64,000 nucleotides of DNA from NCBI GenBank assembly GCA_950097015.1, contig CATNEN010000038.1, forward strand, positions 30,752,001 to 30,816,000, given 5' to 3'. Source of the DNA: Macrostomum hystrix. Lineage: Eukaryota > Animalia > Platyhelminthes. Position 1 is the stretch's first letter. The number at the start of each line of letters is the position of its first letter. The position numbers were made by a program, and so were the translations under genes. The notes below the pieces were generated by a model. It saw nothing but the letters and a program-made list of their open reading frames with translations, was not told where the DNA came from and ran no database searches. Below are positions 61,301 to 64,000 of the stretch, piece after piece.

Positions 61301-63208
61301 ATGCCAATTTCTCCCATTTCGCTGATCAAGTCTCAATATGAGACGAAGCTGAACCACAAGACTCACACCTAGTCTGCCAACCAATTAGTCGCCACCCCGG
61401 CGCCGTCAGCATTGTCCAGGGTGCTTCCAGCTGGCTATGGAGTCCCTATAGCGAATTTTTCTAATTTCGCTGATGAAGCCTCGATATTGACCTAAACTCA
61501 ACCATTACTTGTCGAAGGTCCAGCAGCTCCGTCTAGATAATGGCGCGTGACCACAGAAGTCGGAGATGATGTAGGCACATTCGGATGACGTGCTGATAAA
61601 GTTTGAAGGCCTGGGAAGGCTGCCCTGAGGCGCAGTGCAAATTCGTGTATAGGGATGTATGAAATACACTAAATCTTATGACAAAAATCTGATCTTCGGC
61701 CCGAACCGTTGAATATCTCGACGTTCTGAAAAGCTTGTGACTTGATTATTCTTTCAGAAGATGCAAAGAAGATTCAGAAGATTCTTTCAGAAAATTTGGC
61801 CCGTGTGCTTGAGTTCCTCCGTTCCGGCGCAGCACAAAATATTGTCAGGAGGGGAGAAATTATCCCCCTTTGGTATAAAAACGGGCGGAAAAATAGCTTG
61901 GTAATCCTACTGTTAAGGGATGCTAGTCAAACTTACGCCGGCTAGATCCCGGTCTAGCAATAGGAAATTGTAATATTCGAAAAGCCAGCAGAATCGGATT
62001 AGAATGCCGTTCGAAGTTGATTCTGATTCGCACCGGTCCTAGGCTAATGAAATCTCGTCTCAATATGTTGTTGTAGAAAGGAATATCCGTTAATAGTCGG
62101 TGCTCGGTTACCGACGAAATTCCGCAGCAGATTTTCGACGTTTGCGGCTGAAGGCCCACGTTGGTATCGACTGGAGAGCCAGCCTGAATCATCAGAGTCC
62201 AGTTGCGAAGCGTTTCTGGGCTGATGCTTGTATTTGTGCGCATTTCGTAAGAACATGAGCATCCAGGTGCACTAAATTGCTGCCCAGAAAGTCTGTTTGC
62301 GAAATGAGCAAGGAAAAAAAGGGAAATTTGTGTAGTATAAGCGCCTAAGTATATTCTAGTAGTAAAAGTAGTAAAATTAACAGATTCTTTTGTGGTATTG
62401 TTAGTAGTGTCATGACTTCCCCATTCTCTCTGTTCTTGTTTACGCTCACACGACCTCATATTCTACTTTCTACTCTCTTCCCCTATCTTTTCAAATTCTT
62501 AGCTAACTTTCACTTCTCTTTCCTCTCATTCGTCTCTGATTGGCTAGCTGCTCGTCCCTCTTTCCTCACCCCTTTCTTTTCAGCTCTAACCCTCTGGTCC
62601 GTCCTTATCTCTTGGTAAATACGAGTATATTTGATTCTCAGCCTAAAGGGCTTTTGCCTCCCGTTTTCGATTCGTTCAGTGCCGTAATTTCAGTAAGAAA
62701 GATTTCCTACTCTGACACATCAACCAGAGTCTGCTTGATGGTCACTCCGTAGTTTTCGTCCAAAGGTTGTATAAACCATTCGCAACTGGTCTTCTGTTTC
62801 CGACTCATTCGATCTTGGAGTATCATTTCATATCTGTTAGTAACTTGCGGCTTGGCACAGTCAGTGTGGACCGGTTCTGAAACAAGGCCAGGTAGTCAGT
62901 ACTGAAAAAACAACTAATAGAGAAAGAACGTATTTGAAATAGCCCTTTTAGTTTTTTTTTTAACTTGGTAGTTAAAAAACTGCAAGCATCCCTGGTAGAA
63001 AGATTACCGTCCAATAGTGTGTACAGCATGACGAAGCCAACCGAGTTAAGGGACGTGCGGCTGATGACTTTCACGTCCAGATAGCCCGCATAAGCGAGTG
63101 CAACTAGGCTGATAGGGCCGCTACCGCAGAAGCAGTGTGTTTGACGTTCGTTCAAAACGTCAGTGTAGGTGACCCTGATATCCAGGCTGCTTGGCAGACA
63201 GCATGCTT
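58392..63208 (-). CDS. Type I membrane protein with multiple divergent CUB-like domains (3' part; 5' exons beyond the window)
   Basis: Phase-compatible exons 63208-63008, 62876-62711, 62292-61937, 60908-60751, 60661-60448, 60356-59886, 59796-59323, 58597-58392. CUB-like motifs (FCGS..GFVMLY, CEWFIQP, CTISMTPPAGY, CWKLHVELEKFSTTCG..EICG..GFRARF); TM LIVALVILTVFNLLAVGFMF. Confidence 0.72.
58607..58913 (-). mobile_element. 5'-truncated copy of the 48-kb SINE, in the last intron of the CUB-like gene
   Basis: Colinear with 48060-48352. Confidence 0.85.
60940..61916. mobile_element. TTAA-flanked palindromic MITE (piggyBac-like termini), ~975 bp
   Basis: TTAA at both ends (60940-60943, 61913-61916); degenerate termini CAGTAG..TACCA; left and right parts are imperfect reverse complements (61020-61280 vs 61510-61765). 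Confidence 0.75.
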
Positions 63209-63316
63209 CTGAAATAGAACCAACCAAATAAATTTCATTTATTTCCCTGTGCAAATCAATAAATAGACGATTTATTTCCATGGAGGAAAGAATAGAATGG
63301 AGTGCTATTCTGAGCC

Positions 63317-63432
63317 TCCAAAACCTAGGTCCTTAATCCAAAACCTAGGTCCTTAATCCAAAACCTAGGTCCTTAATCCAAAACCTAGGTCCTTAATCCA
63401 AGACTTAGGGCCTTAATCCAAGACTTAGGGAT
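63317..63432. repeat. 20-bp tandem repeat (AAACCTAGGTCCTTAATCCA)n
   Basis: 5-6 units. Confidence 0.92.
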
Positions 63433-64000
63433 TAGCTATTTTTGTTTCGCCTAATTTTCACTTTTAGCATCCTTGCCCCCCGTTCATTCCTATTGGCTCG
63501 TGAACGCCATAGAAAAATGCGTTTCATTATTATCTGCTCTATTAAAAAAGTTTCAATTAAATGCTTGCCACTATGGCAGCGAAGGGTATGTCCGCTTAGT
63601 TGAGCTAGTTGCTCGAAAATGCGTTTGTCTATGGCACTTTTGACACAGAGTGGGCCAGTGAGGAATACCATATTTTCCATTTATTTCGGCTGTCTATGGT
63701 GAAAGGCGATCGGGGCGAAATTTGCGCCTCGAGCCTTCCACACTTAGGCGCCGAAAAAATGGAAAATCAATGACCAATATGAGTATAAAAATATATAGCT
63801 TTTGTCATGCTATCTCAGCCTAGAGACATCCAAACTCAGCCAGTCCCATTCCGCAATGCGTTTTTTTGGCTCGAGCTAGTCGACTTTTACCATAGACATG
63901 CTTCTTAAGGCCATGCTATCTCAGCCTGGGACATGCAATCTCAGCCAATATAGATTTCAATTGCAAACAGATCTCAATGCTATCATTTCTGTAACGTGAC

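Overview
Eukaryotic (metazoan) genomic DNA with GT-AG introns and a very high load of minisatellites; the style fits a free-living flatworm such as Macrostomum (inference only). Genes reconstructed by hand: a minus-strand GDA1/CD39 NTPDase whose first exons add a ubiquitin-like domain, poly-Pro linker and TM anchor (continues past the left edge); RPUSD4-like pseudouridine synthase; a three-Tudor protein; a 9-exon turtle/IGSF9-type receptor (5 Ig + 2 FN3 + TM) with an 11.5-kb satellite-filled first intron; a single-ORF DAPK1-like ANK-ROC-COR-Death protein with no visible kinase domain; an orphan 528-aa ORF; and the 3' part of a multi-CUB-like membrane protein. Mobile DNA: a 3.04-kb foldback-type element (about 725-bp TIRs, perfect 8-bp TSD, CAAGG termini) carrying a Helitron fragment; a TTAA-flanked palindromic MITE filling an intron, plus two partial copies; two tRNA-SINE families; a dead IS630/Tc1 transposase; a possible solo LTR. 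About 15 tandem arrays are present, several sharing core motifs. Top candidates for novelty are the Ubl-TM-NTPDase fusion, the Helitron-carrying foldback element and the kinase-less DAPK/Roco protein.
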